The translations under genes were made by a program, and so were the position numbers. Below the pieces are notes generated by a model that was not told the DNA's origin, did no database searches, and saw only the letters and a program-made list of their open reading frames with translations. This document shows, piece after piece, positions 26,028 through 35,671 of a DNA stretch of 64,000 nt. The number at the start of each line of letters is the position of its first letter. Position 1 is the stretch's first letter. The stretch is from an uncultured delta proteobacterium. GTDB lineage: Bacteria > Myxococcota > Kuafuiibacteriia > Kuafuiibacteriales > Kuafuiibacteriaceae. Location: assembly GCA_963803435.1 (NCBI GenBank), contig CAWDML010000009.1:224001-288000 (forward strand), read 5' to 3'.

Positions 26028-28036
26028 ACGCATCCGCCCTCACGGCCGGTCTGATCGCAGCGATCTCGATCGGCTGGGGGGCCCGCAGGCTGGCGCGGAT
26101 CCTGGTCGTCGAGCTGGGTCTCGGACCCTTCGCCGGGGGGACGCTCACGGCGGCGATCGGGACCGGCGTGTTCCTGAGCGCGGTCGCCTTCGTGGGCCGG
26201 CGGGCGCACAGCTTCGACGCCGGGCTCTGGGCCGCCGCCGTCGTGGGTGTGCTGATGGCGGGCGGTGCCCGGCTCCTCGGCGCGCCGCGCGAGGCTGAGC
26301 TCCCCCGCGCCGATCGCAAGGTGTTGGCCCGCGTCCTGGCCGTCACGGCGCTCTTGCTGCTCCTCTACGCGCACCTCGCCTTCAAGTATCAGATGCACGA
26401 CGAGCACGCGCTGTTCGGCCACAAGTCGATGGTCGAGCAGCTGCGGCGCGGCACGTACCCGGTCTACTTCCCACCGATGCCGGAGCACGAGGCGCGCTAC
26501 CACTACGGCTTCGACATCCTCGCAGGCGTCCTCACGCGCGGGCTCGATCTGTCGTCGGACAACGCGATCGATCTGATCACGCTCCTCGCGGTGCTCTTCA
26601 TGTGCTGGTCGGCCGCGGCGGTGGCTGTCGACGCAGGCGCGGAGCGGTCGGCACCCCTGGGGGTCCTCGCGATCCATCTCGGCGCAGGCCTCGCCGCCGT
26701 CATGCTCGCCGGAGATCCGGGGCGCCATCCTCGCTGTCTGGCCCAGTTCCACCACCCGAGCTGCAATCAGGATCTCTACCCGACGCAGATCATGAACGTG
26801 TTCCAGCACCCGGTATCGCTGGGCGTCCCGATGTTCCTGGCGATGGTGATCCTGCTGCCGCGGATCGCGGGCTACGTGACGCGCGAGGATCCGGCGCCGG
26901 TCTTCATGCGTCGTGCCTGGTGGCTGGCCGCCGCAGTCGCGGTGCCGGCGCTGGCCGGCCTGGCGCTGTCGCAGGTGGTCTACTTCGGGCTCGGGTGTCT
27001 GGGAGCGCTGGCGGCGCTGCCGCTGTGGATGATGCGGCGGCGGCCCCGGATGCCGTATCTGGTGGGCCCGCTGGCCTTCCTCGCCGTGCTGGGCCTCGGC
27101 TATCTGCTGGCGCACGCGCTCGGCGGGATGATGGCGGATCACCCGTCGGTCGATCCGACGCTCCTGGCGCGACGGCCGGTGATCGGATTTCCCGCCAAGA
27201 TGACGCCCGCGCAGATCGTGTCGGCGCATCTGGCGAACCTGGGCCTGGCCTTCGCGCTGCTCCCGGTATTCGCCGTGGTGGCGCTCAGAGACCGGCGGCC
27301 GCAGGTCCTGATGCTGCTGGCGTTCGCGTGCGGCGGGATCCTGGCGGCGCAGCTCTACAACTATCAGCGCTCTTGGGACATCGTGAAGTTTCCCTCGGCC
27401 GCCTCCTTCGCGCTCTCGATGCTGTACGTGGTGGTCGTGGACCGGGTGCTCGTCTCGCTGCCGTTCCCCTGGACCTGGCTTCGACGCGCCGGCGCGGCCC
27501 TCTTGATGATCACCGGGGTCACGACCGCGATCTTCGTGGCCGTGCCGCTCCCCGGAGCGAACATGAAGCTCTACGACGACACGAAGGAGGTCGTGGACGA
27601 GCGGGTTCAGAAGACGATCGATTGGTGGCGGTCGCACGACTATCGCGACGACCAGGTGGTCTACGCCCAGAAGAACATCGCCACGCAGCTCTCGATCTAC
27701 GGCGGTCTCTCGACCGTCGGGTCGGACACCGACTTCTATTATCTCGGCATCCAGATGAAGGAGCTGACCCGCCGCGAGTGGTTGGCCCGGCGGATCCGGC
27801 AGCGCATGGACGCCGATGCGCTCGAGCAGCTGGGAGTGGCCTACGTGATGCTGTCGGACGAAGAGATCAGGAACCTCGGCCCCGAGGCCCAGCGCGCGAT
27901 CGCCAGCGGCGAGCGGCTCGAGCTCGCGTACACCGTGGCGGATCCGGCCCCGGGCAAGCGGCGGCGGATCTGGCGCGTCAGGACGACGCCGAAGAGTAGT
28001 GTCGGAGAGACCACCGCCAGACCTGACGCGAGATGA
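26024..28036 (+). CDS. Polytopic membrane protein, GT-C-like
   Basis: GTG 26024 overlaps the upstream stop; 'HDEHALFGH...ARYHYGFD'; more than 10 TMs plus a C-terminal soluble domain. Confidence 0.65.
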   Translation: MNASALTAGLIAAISIGWGARRLARILVVELGLGPFAGGTLTAAIGTGVFLSAVAFVGRRAHSFDAGLWAAAVVGVLMAGGARLLGAPREAELPRADRKVLARVLAVTALLLLLYAHLAFKYQMHDEHALFGHKSMVEQLRRGTYPVYFPPMPEHEARYHYGFDILAGVLTRGLDLSSDNAIDLITLLAVLFMCWSAAAVAVDAGAERSAPLGVLAIHLGAGLAAVMLAGDPGRHPRCLAQFHHPSCNQDLYPTQIMNVFQHPVSLGVPMFLAMVILLPRIAGYVTREDPAPVFMRRAWWLAAAVAVPALAGLALSQVVYFGLGCLGALAALPLWMMRRRPRMPYLVGPLAFLAVLGLGYLLAHALGGMMADHPSVDPTLLARRPVIGFPAKMTPAQIVSAHLANLGLAFALLPVFAVVALRDRRPQVLMLLAFACGGILAAQLYNYQRSWDIVKFPSAASFALSMLYVVVVDRVLVSLPFPWTWLRRAGAALLMITGVTTAIFVAVPLPGANMKLYDDTKEVVDERVQKTIDWWRSHDYRDDQVVYAQKNIATQLSIYGGLSTVGSDTDFYYLGIQMKELTRREWLARRIRQRMDADALEQLGVAYVMLSDEEIRNLGPEAQRAIASGERLELAYTVADPAPGKRRRIWRVRTTPKSSVGETTARPDAR

Positions 28037-28767
28037 TCAGGAGCACCAGCGTCATGCCCCAGGCGAAGAGGGCCTTGGCGAGGTCCAGCTTCTCGAGGAC
28101 GGCCATCGCCGGATACGAGGTCATGACCGCGACCGGCAACACGAAGGTGAGGACGATCCGCATCCAGCCGCGGAAGACGGAGATCGGCCAGCGAGCCGCG
28201 TCGAAGATGGAGCTGAAGAGGAAGCTCAGATTGTCGATCTTCACGAACCAGAAGCTGGAGCAGACGATCAGCATCCACACGGCGTAGATGCCGAAGGCGC
28301 CCGAGGCGAGCATCGCCGCGCCCGCGAGGATCTGGGAGGCGCCGGGGGCCGGATGGAGCCTCGAGATCGACCAGACCGCGATCGCGAGCCCGCACGCCAG
28401 GTCGACGAGCTTGGCCGGGAGGATCTTGCTGCAGCTGATCATCAGCTGCGAGTCGACGGGCTTGAGCAGGATGAAGTCGAAGGTCCCCTTCCGCACGTGA
28501 TCGACGAGCGCGGTCAGGTTGGGGCTGATCATCCCGTCGAGCAGCGCCCGCAGGATCAGGAAGCCGCTCATCACCAGCATCGCCTCGTGCAGGTTCCAGT
28601 CGCCGATGGTCGGGCGGATCTGGAAGACCAGGAAGAGCGGGGCCACGTTCCACGAGACCCAGAAGCCGGCCAGCGCGATCTGGATCAGGAAGTCGACGCG
28701 ATACTGCGCCTGCGCCTGGACGGAGGTCCGAAGGAGATGGCCGGCGATGCGGAGGATACCTAGCCAC
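27978..28767 (-). CDS. ABC-2 family permease (ABC2_membrane_6/DUF990), with an apparent +1 indel just after the start
   Basis: 'QYRVDFLIQ', 'VRKGTFDFILLKPVDSQ', 'RWPISVF', 'LRHYSSASS'. GTG 28767 (MARY-) joins LRIAGHLL only if one C is removed. Confidence 0.82.
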
Positions 28768-29557
28768 CGTAGGCCTCGAAGCGCCGCAGCGCGCGGGACC
28801 ACACCAGCCGCACCAGCACGAAGACGACCACGATCCAGAGGGCCTGGGCGCCGAGCCCTTGGAGCAGCGCGCGCCCCTTCAGGTGGCCCAGCAGGATCTC
28901 GGTGGGGAGCGAGCCCATCGACCGGAAGGGGAGCCAGACGGCGAAGCGCTGCACCCTCGGGATCAGCTCCAGCGGGATCAGGTACCCCGACAGGAGCGCC
29001 CACAGTCCGAACCACGCCTCCTGGAACGAGAGCGACTGCTGCGTGTAGAGCGCCAGCAGCCCGAACATCGACTGCACCAGGAACACCAGGACCCAGGCGA
29101 GGAAGATCGTCAGCAGGTAGAGGCCGACGTGGATCGGGTCGAGCTGAAAGTGCATGCCCGGGATCAGGAGATAGGCGGCGACGGCGAGGGGCGCGAGGAT
29201 GGCGGCGCGGAAGGGCACGGCGCCCAGGTTCTCCGCGGCGTAGAGGAAGAGCGGGTGGACGGGACGGAGGAGGAGCGCCGCCAGGGCCCCGTTGCGGATG
29301 GTGTAGTTCAGCTCCCAGACGATCCAGGCCGACGTCAGCTGGCGGACGATCAGCGTGGAGAGGAAGTAGGCGGCGAAGGTGGACTCGTCGAACCGGCCCA
29401 GCGGCGCCTCGCGCGCGATCGTGGACCACATCGCGTACATGATCAGCGGCATCGTGGTGGTGAGGATCCAGATGAGGACCTCGCCGCGATACGCCATCAG
29501 CTCCGCGAACCCGATCCGGAGCATCGTCGGGAACATGCGAAGCTCGCGTGTGACCAT
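28760..29557 (-). CDS. ABC-2 family permease (ABC2_membrane_6/DUF990)
   Basis: 'MAYRGE', 'IRNGALAALLLRPVHP', 'SGYLIPLELIP', 'RRFEAYGG'. Confidence 0.88.
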   Translation of the reverse strand: MVTRELRMFPTMLRIGFAELMAYRGEVLIWILTTTMPLIMYAMWSTIAREAPLGRFDESTFAAYFLSTLIVRQLTSAWIVWELNYTIRNGALAALLLRPVHPLFLYAAENLGAVPFRAAILAPLAVAAYLLIPGMHFQLDPIHVGLYLLTIFLAWVLVFLVQSMFGLLALYTQQSLSFQEAWFGLWALLSGYLIPLELIPRVQRFAVWLPFRSMGSLPTEILLGHLKGRALLQGLGAQALWIVVVFVLVRLVWSRALRRFEAYGG

Positions 29558-29565
29558 TCGAGATC

Positions 29566-30402
29566 TCAGTAGAGCGCGCGTCCGTGCGTCATGACGACCT
29601 CGTCGCGCTCTTTGACCTTCACGACGTAGTATGACTCGGCGTCGGCGATGCGCCAGATCTCCGTGACGATCGTGTCGCCGGGGAAGACCGGCCGCGAGAA
29701 CCGTCCCTCGAGGTGGCGCAGTCGATCGGGGTCGCCGCCGCACAGCGCGTTCACCACGGCGCGCGAGGCGTGCGCGAACGTGCAGAGCCCGTGGAGGATC
29801 GGCTTCGGGAACTTGGCCTTCGCCGCGATCTCGGGGTCGGAGTGGATCGGGTTCATGTCGCCCGAGGCGAGGCGATACAGCAGCGCCTGCGTGGGCTGCG
29901 TGGGCATCTCCAGGGTGGCATCGGGGGCGCGCGCGGGCGGATCGAAGACCGCCGCGTCCGGTCCGCGCTCGCCGCCGAAGCCGCCCTCGCCTCGGTAGAA
30001 GATCTGCCACTCGGTGTCGAACAGGGGCTCGTTCTTCTCGTCGACGGTCTTGGTCTGATAGATCGCGAGGGCGCCCTTGCCCTTGTCCCAGAGCGCGGAG
30101 ACCGTGCAGGTGGTCGACAGCTTGGCCTCGCGCGGGATGGGCCGGTGCATCGTGCATCGCTGGCCGCCATGGACGAGCGTGAGGATGTTGCCGCCGAGGG
30201 CGCGGAGCGCGGTCTGGAGCGGGGTGAGCGTCACCGCGACCGAGAACGTGGGCAGGACCTTGGGGCCGCGCGTCTCGAGGAGCAGATCGAGCTCCGCCGG
30301 GGTGGCGCCGGACGCCAGCGCATACAGCGCCGCGTCCTTCCAGGTGTAGGAAAACTCGAAGGGTCCGAAGGGCTTACCGATCAGGGCGCTGTCGAAAGGC
30401 AT
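29566..30402 (-). CDS. MaoC/MFE-2-type (R)-enoyl-CoA hydratase
   Basis: 'YTWKDAALYAL', 'LPTF', 'LVHGGQ', 'QALLYRLASGDMNPIHSDP...PILHGLCTF'. Confidence 0.92.
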   Translation of the reverse strand: MPFDSALIGKPFGPFEFSYTWKDAALYALASGATPAELDLLLETRGPKVLPTFSVAVTLTPLQTALRALGGNILTLVHGGQRCTMHRPIPREAKLSTTCTVSALWDKGKGALAIYQTKTVDEKNEPLFDTEWQIFYRGEGGFGGERGPDAAVFDPPARAPDATLEMPTQPTQALLYRLASGDMNPIHSDPEIAAKAKFPKPILHGLCTFAHASRAVVNALCGGDPDRLRHLEGRFSRPVFPGDTIVTEIWRIADAESYYVVKVKERDEVVMTHGRALY

Positions 30403-30444
30403 GCCCGCTGGTTATCCAAGCCGCGTGCCCCTGACAACGGATGT

Positions 30445-30487
30445 TTGACGATTGAGGTTCAGTGACTTTAGATAAAGTTACTTGAAC
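30445..30487 (+). promoter_or_regulatory. AT-rich palindromic operator/promoter upstream of the PP2C-kinase-nicotinamidase-vWA operon
   Basis: AGTGACTTTA-GA-TAAAGTTACT at 30461-30482 (9/10 arm match, extendable GTTC...GAAC); TTGACG -35-like hexamer at 30445-30450. Confidence 0.6.
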
Positions 30488-31195
30488 TCTTTCAGGATCA
30501 CCAGCGGCACCATCGTGGGGCGCGAGCACGTGCGGCTCTCCCGGAACAATCAGGACGGCATCGGGATCGGTGTCGAGGGCTCGACGATCGCGGCCGTGGT
30601 GACGGACGGCTGCTCGGAGGGCCGCGCCTCGGAGGTGGGCGCCAAGCTCGCCGCCTGCTGGCTGGCCGCCTGGGGGCCGCTGTACGCGCAGGTCTTCGAT
30701 CTCGATCCGTCTGGCTTCGTCCCGGCGCTCGCGGGCGGGCTGGTGCGACACCTCGATCCGCTGGCGCGCGGTCTCTCGGTGAAGCCGGCGGGCATCGATC
30801 CCGCGCTCGTTCAGGAGCTCTTCCTCTTCACGTTTCTCATGGTCGTGATCACCGAGGCCCGCACCACCGTCTTCGGGATCGGCGACGGCGTCTACGCGAT
30901 CAACGGAAGGACGACGGTCCTCGATCCGGGGCCCGACAACGCGCCGCCCTATCTCGGTTACCGTCTCGTGGGAAAGAGCGTCGAGCCGCGCATCCACTTC
31001 GACGGTCCCACGGTGGAGGTCGCGTCGGTCATCGTGGCCACCGACGGCGCCGCCGGGCTCTCGTTCGACGAGCTTCTCCGCGATCCCAAGTACCTCGAGA
31101 ACCCCAGCCTGCTCCACAAGCGCCTCAACGCGCTGGGCGCGGTGGGCGGCCGCTTCACCGACGACACCTCGATGGTGATGGCGAGGAGGGCGTGA
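30482..31195 (+). CDS. PP2C-family phosphatase (PP2C_2, PphC/YegK-like)
   Basis: 'GREHVRLSRNNQD', 'VVTDGCS', 'IGDG', 'VATDG', 'DDTS'. Confidence 0.85.
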   Translation: MNSFRITSGTIVGREHVRLSRNNQDGIGIGVEGSTIAAVVTDGCSEGRASEVGAKLAACWLAAWGPLYAQVFDLDPSGFVPALAGGLVRHLDPLARGLSVKPAGIDPALVQELFLFTFLMVVITEARTTVFGIGDGVYAINGRTTVLDPGPDNAPPYLGYRLVGKSVEPRIHFDGPTVEVASVIVATDGAAGLSFDELLRDPKYLENPSLLHKRLNALGAVGGRFTDDTSMVMARRA

Positions 31196-32916
31196 TGCAG
31201 ATCCGCGTTGGCCCTGCGACCGCTCGGCTCGAGCCGGGCGACATCCTCGGCGTCGGCGGCGAGGCGACCGTCTATCGTCTCGGCGATCGCGCCGTGAAGG
31301 TCTTCCACTCGCTCGATCCCGGCGTGGTCGACGCCAAGCTCGACAAGCTGGCGGCCTTCCCGCGCGGCCTGCCGAGCCCGGTGATCGCGCCGGAGGAGCT
31401 GGTCTTCGATTCGAGCGGTCGCCCGGTGGGCTACGCGATGCGCGCGGTCCACGGCGCCCGCGAGATCTCGCACCTGATGAAGAAGAGCTTCCGCGCGGGT
31501 GCGATCTCCAACGCCGACGTCTGCGCGCTCTTCGCCGAGATCCACGCGGTGCTGGAGACGCTCCATCAGTGCGGTGTGATCGCCGGTGATCTCAACGACG
31601 GCAACCTGCTGTTCTCCGGACGGCGGGTCTGGTTCATCGACGTGGACTCGATGCAGCTGGACGGGCACCCCTGCACCGTCGGGCACGAGCGCTACCTCGA
31701 TCCGTCCCTGTACGGGTCCGATCTCTCGGCGCGCTGCTGCTTCACCCGCGACACCGACTGGTACGCGTTCGCAGTGCTGCTCTTCGGCGCGCTCCTCTTC
31801 GTCCATCCCTACGGCGGCGTCCATCCCGCGCACCCGACGCTCCTGCGCCGCGCACAGGCGAGGGCCAGCGTCTTCGACGGCGCGGTGAAGTATCCCAAGT
31901 CGGCGGAGCCCTGGCAGACGTTGCCCGACCCGCTCATCGAGCGGTTCCGCGCCGTCTTCGAGCGGGGAGAGCGCGGGCCGTTTCCCAGGGGCTTGCTCGA
32001 CACGCCCTGGACCGCTCCGCGGCGGCCGAGCGCGCCACGGCCGGCGATCCGCGTCAACCGCGCCTGCCGGGCAATCCCCATCTTTGCCACCCGCGGGCGG
32101 ATCCTGGCGGCGGCGATGCAGCCGTCGCTCGCCTACGTCCACGAGGAGGGCGGGGTGGTGCGCCGCGAGGACGGCTCGAAGGTGATGGAGCGAGCCGCCG
32201 ACCCGGGGATGCGCTTCGCGATCGCGGGAGCGAGGACCTGGGTCGGGCTCGACGGCAAGCTGGCCTGCATCGAGCGCGAGCAGGTGGTCGACCGGACCGT
32301 GACCTCGGGGCCGTTCGACGCTGGCAGCGCCGGCTGCTTCCTCCAGCGCGACGGCTGGCTGATCGAGCAGTCCTCGCAGCTGCGCATCGGCAAGGTCCTG
32401 GACGGCCAGACGTTCCTGCGCGCCGGGCGGAGCCTGGGCTTCGGGTTCTATCGGGCGGGCCGGGCGCTCTTCTCCTTCGCGTTCCGTCCGGGCCGGGCCG
32501 GGCTCACCGACGTGCGCCTGCCGCTCTTCGAGGGCAAGCTGATCTCGGCCGACGCCGTCTTCGACGACGGCTTCATCGCGGTGAGCCTCCTCTTCGATCA
32601 CGAGGGCGTCCGCCGCGGCGCGCTCCACCTGATCCGCGGCGAAGGCGCCGTGGTGGGGAGCCTCGAGGGGCCGATCGAGGAGCACCGCGTCCTGGCCAAC
32701 ACCGCCGGGCGCGCCGTCCAGGGGGGACGCATCCTGGCCGCCACCGAGGAGGGCCTGGTGCTCCTGTCGCCGGACGCCACCGGAGCGCTCACGATCCAGA
32801 CGATCTTCACCGATACCGAGCCGTTCGTGGAGGAGGGCGCGCAGCTGCTCCCTGGCCCCAACGGCTCGCTCTACGTCGTCACCACCCACGAGATCAGACA
32901 GCTCGAGCTGAGCTGA
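31192..32916 (+). CDS. YegI-type Ser/Thr kinase with C-terminal beta-rich (propeller-like) domain
   Basis: 'LGVGGEATVY', 'AVKVF', 'IAGDLNDGNLL', 'FIDVDSMQ', 'DWYAFAVL', 'HPYGG'. Confidence 0.85.
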   Translation: MMQIRVGPATARLEPGDILGVGGEATVYRLGDRAVKVFHSLDPGVVDAKLDKLAAFPRGLPSPVIAPEELVFDSSGRPVGYAMRAVHGAREISHLMKKSFRAGAISNADVCALFAEIHAVLETLHQCGVIAGDLNDGNLLFSGRRVWFIDVDSMQLDGHPCTVGHERYLDPSLYGSDLSARCCFTRDTDWYAFAVLLFGALLFVHPYGGVHPAHPTLLRRAQARASVFDGAVKYPKSAEPWQTLPDPLIERFRAVFERGERGPFPRGLLDTPWTAPRRPSAPRPAIRVNRACRAIPIFATRGRILAAAMQPSLAYVHEEGGVVRREDGSKVMERAADPGMRFAIAGARTWVGLDGKLACIEREQVVDRTVTSGPFDAGSAGCFLQRDGWLIEQSSQLRIGKVLDGQTFLRAGRSLGFGFYRAGRALFSFAFRPGRAGLTDVRLPLFEGKLISADAVFDDGFIAVSLLFDHEGVRRGALHLIRGEGAVVGSLEGPIEEHRVLANTAGRAVQGGRILAATEEGLVLLSPDATGALTIQTIFTDTEPFVEEGAQLLPGPNGSLYVVTTHEIRQLELS

Positions 32917-32924
32917 AGAAGGAG

Positions 32925-33911
32925 ATGCACATGAGACTGCCGTTCCCCAAGTTCTACGACCCGGGCGCCGTCGGGACGCTCTACCTCGAGGACGCCGCCA
33001 AGGTCGCCGAGTCGGCCGAGGCGTTCCAGCTCCAGCACGGGATCAAGCCGGCGGCACGCGACAGCTTCCGCATCGCCGCGTTCGGCATCGACGTGCCAGA
33101 TCGGCTTCTGCATGCCGGGGGCGAGCCTGTTCGTGCCCGGCGCGGTCGAGGACACGCGGCGGGCGGTCGAGTGGCTCTACACGAACCTCGATCTGATCAC
33201 CGGGCTCCACTTCTCGATGGACACGCACCGGGTGTTCCAGATCTTCCATCCGGCCTGGTGGATCGACGATCGAGGGCAAGCACCCACCGCCGTTCACGCC
33301 GATCACCTCGGAGGACGTGCGCCGCGGCGCTGGCAGCCGATCGCGCATCCCGCGGAGTGCCTCGAGTACACCAAGCAGCTGGAGACGACGCGGAAGTACG
33401 TGCTGACCGTCTGGCCCTATCACACGCTCCTCGGCGGCGTGAGCCACGCGCTGGTGCCGGCGATGATGGAGGCGGCGATCTTCCACTCGGTGCGTCCGCA
33501 GTCATCAGACGCACTTCGAGACCAAGGGCACGCACGCGATGACCGAGAACTACTCGGTCCTCTCGCCCGGAGGTGCCGCGAGCTCGGCGGCCAGTCGGTG
33601 GGAGCGTTCAACGCGCCCTTCTTCAAGATGCTGATGGAGTATGACCGGATCTACGTCTTCGGTCAGGCGAAGTCGCACTGCGTGCTCTCGACGCTCGTCG
33701 ATCTGCGCGATCGAATCCAGAGCGACCGATCCCGACGCTGGTCGACAAGATCTACATCCTCGAGGACGCGATGAGCCCGGTGCCCGCGCCGCCGCTCAAT
33801 CCGCTGCCGCCGGCGCTCGACTTCCCGCGCATCGCCGAGCGGGCCTTCGCGGAGCTCGAAGCGGCGGGCATGCACATCGTGAAGACGTCGGACCCGGTGG
33901 TGGCCGGTTGA
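32925..33911 (+). CDS. Nicotinamidase/isochorismatase-family cysteine hydrolase, broken by multiple single-base indels
   Basis: Reconstructed across frames: 'IDVQIGFC', 'SMDTH...HP', 'WPYH', 'ETKG', 'ENYS', 'GQAKSHCV', 'ILEDAMSPV'. Asp-Lys-Cys triad intact. RBS AAGGAG before ATG 32925. Confidence 0.82.
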
Positions 33912-33925
33912 AAGGAGACGAAGCA

Positions 33926-34706
33926 ATGTCGGATCTCGAAGGACCTCTTCCAGAGCGCGGTGGGCGCGGGCGTGCTCAGCCCGGCCACCGAGTCGATGCT
34001 GACGGGCCACCTCGGCAACGTGGTCGTCGCGGGCGCAGCGGGTGTGGCGATGGAGGCGATCGAGGCCACCGACGTCACGCTGGTGACGATCCTGATCGAC
34101 GCCTCGTCGAGCATCGCCTCCGCCCGGCTCGAGCAGGCGGTGCGGGAGGGCCAGCGCGAGCTGCTGGCCGCGTTCGCGGGGAGCCGAGAGAAGGACCGTA
34201 TCCTGGTGGCGCTGTGGACCTTCAACGACCAGGTGAGCGTGCTGCATTCGTACGTCCCGGTCGGCGACGCCCTGCGGCTCGACGATCGGAACTACCGAGG
34301 TCGCGGCAACACGCGCCTCTACGACGCCTGGTGCGACGCGCTCGCGTCCAACGTCGCCTATGCCCAGCAGCTCCGAGACAGCGGCACGCCGGTGAAGAGC
34401 GTGGTGGTGATGATCTCCGACGGCGCGGACACCGGCAGCAAGCGGACCCAGAAGCAATGCCGGGCGCTCAGCGAGGATCTGCTGAAGAGCGAGCAGTTCG
34501 TGCTCGCGTTCGTGGGCGTCGGCGCCGACGCGACCTTCCGTCGCATCGCGAAGAACATGGGCGTGCCCGACGGCTGCGTCGAGGTGCAGACGCAGGCGAC
34601 GCCGGCGGCGCTGCGCAAGGTCTTTCAGATGGTGAGCCGGTCTGCGATCCGCGCCAGTCAGGGCCAGATCCAGCCCGGGGCGCAGGCCGGCTTCTTCCGA
34701 CCGTGA
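33926..34706 (+). CDS. vWA (TerY-like) domain protein, with a +1 indel near the start
   Basis: MIDAS 'LIDASSSI', 'NTRLYDA', 'MISDG'. RBS AAGGAG and ATG 33926 (MSDL-KDLFQSAV after removing one base). Confidence 0.85.
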
Positions 34707-34713
34707 TCCACGA

Positions 34714-35091
34714 TTACAGCGGCGGGGGATGATCGAGCACGAAGCAGGACTGGAGCGCCGAGTGGAGGGCCTTCACGGCGCTCCGCTGCTGCGGCGACAG
34801 GCTGTTCGCATACGCGCGGTCGAAGTTGGCGCCGGACCGGGCGAGGTCGCCGATGGACCGGATGCCGAAGTCGCGGCTGCTGAGGATCTCGGCGGTCTTC
34901 GTGCCGACACCCTTGACGTTGACGACGTCTGCGTTGGTCGCGAGACCGTCGTAGCCCCCACCGAGGATCCCCTGCGCGAAGACAATCTGGTCCGTCTTGC
35001 GGACGAAGCCGATGTCCAGGAGGTCGTGCTGCTTCAGCTTGTCGTAGCTGAGGGTGGTAGCAGGGTTTGTGAGGCGGTCGGGCGCGCGCAT
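34714..35091 (-). CDS. Hypothetical protein with helix-hairpin-helix-like motif
   Basis: Strong RBS (AAGGAG) upstream; 'VKGVGTKTAEIL...GIRSIGDLA' is HhH-like. Confidence 0.65.
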   Translation of the reverse strand: MRAPDRLTNPATTLSYDKLKQHDLLDIGFVRKTDQIVFAQGILGGGYDGLATNADVVNVKGVGTKTAEILSSRDFGIRSIGDLARSGANFDRAYANSLSPQQRSAVKALHSALQSCFVLDHPPPL

Positions 35092-35130
35092 GGTTCTCTC
35101 TCCTTGTACGGTCTTGTATGCCGAGGTGGG

Positions 35131-35168
35131 TTATCGGCGGAGAGGGCCCAGGAGTGCCGGTTTTTTTT
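35131..35168 (-). promoter_or_regulatory. Putative sigma28-like promoter GCACT-N16-CGATAA (full GCCGATAA) with upstream A8 tract
   Basis: Minus strand reads AAAAAAAA-CCG-GCACT-CCTGGGCCCTCTCCGC-CGATAA, about 40 bp upstream of ATG 35091. Confidence 0.55.
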
Positions 35169-35185
35169 CCTTACAGAACCGGTGG

Positions 35186-35641
35186 TCAAGCAATCCGATA
35201 CGTGAGGAGCAGCGGGCCGAGCACCGCGTCCATCTTCGGGGCCTGACCCGCCTCCACCGAGGCCGTCAGGTGCGTGATCACGCCGGCGTCGATCCTGTAC
35301 ACGTGCCGCTGGACCACGCCCACGCCCGGTTCAGGCTCGTAGGCGATGGTCAGGCCGACGCCCGGCGCGCCGTCGGCGAAGGTGACCGGCCCTTCGGCGA
35401 GCCGCTTCAGGTTCGGAGCATAGCGCGCGAAGTGGGCGATGAACGCCCCGAGCGCCGCCGCCGGATCGTCGATCCCGGTCGATCCCCGCTGGACGGTGAT
35501 GTTGGCCCGCGGCCGCGGGGTGGCCGGCTTCCCGGCGAGCGGTACAGCAATCCCGGTCTGCTCGGGCTCCGTGAGCGTGACCTCCAGCCGGACGTCCCAG
35601 CCTTTCGGCAGATCGATCGAGCCGGCGTTGGGTAGAGGCAT
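35186..35641 (-). CDS. DcrB/PsbP-like (DUF1795-like) protein
   Basis: 'IDLPKGW', 'RANITVQR', 'VVQRHVY...THLTAS' fit the Mog1/PsbP fold pattern. Confidence 0.6.
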   Translation of the reverse strand: MPLPNAGSIDLPKGWDVRLEVTLTEPEQTGIAVPLAGKPATPRPRANITVQRGSTGIDDPAAALGAFIAHFARYAPNLKRLAEGPVTFADGAPGVGLTIAYEPEPGVGVVQRHVYRIDAGVITHLTASVEAGQAPKMDAVLGPLLLTYRIA

Positions 35642-35671
35642 GGCCGGGTCTTGTAGTACAGCCCACCAAAA

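Noticed and set aside
35135-35170. T8 run as a plus-strand Rho-independent terminator
   Set aside because: No compact GC stem directly before it and no plus-strand gene ends there; better explained as an A-tract upstream of the minus-strand promoter.
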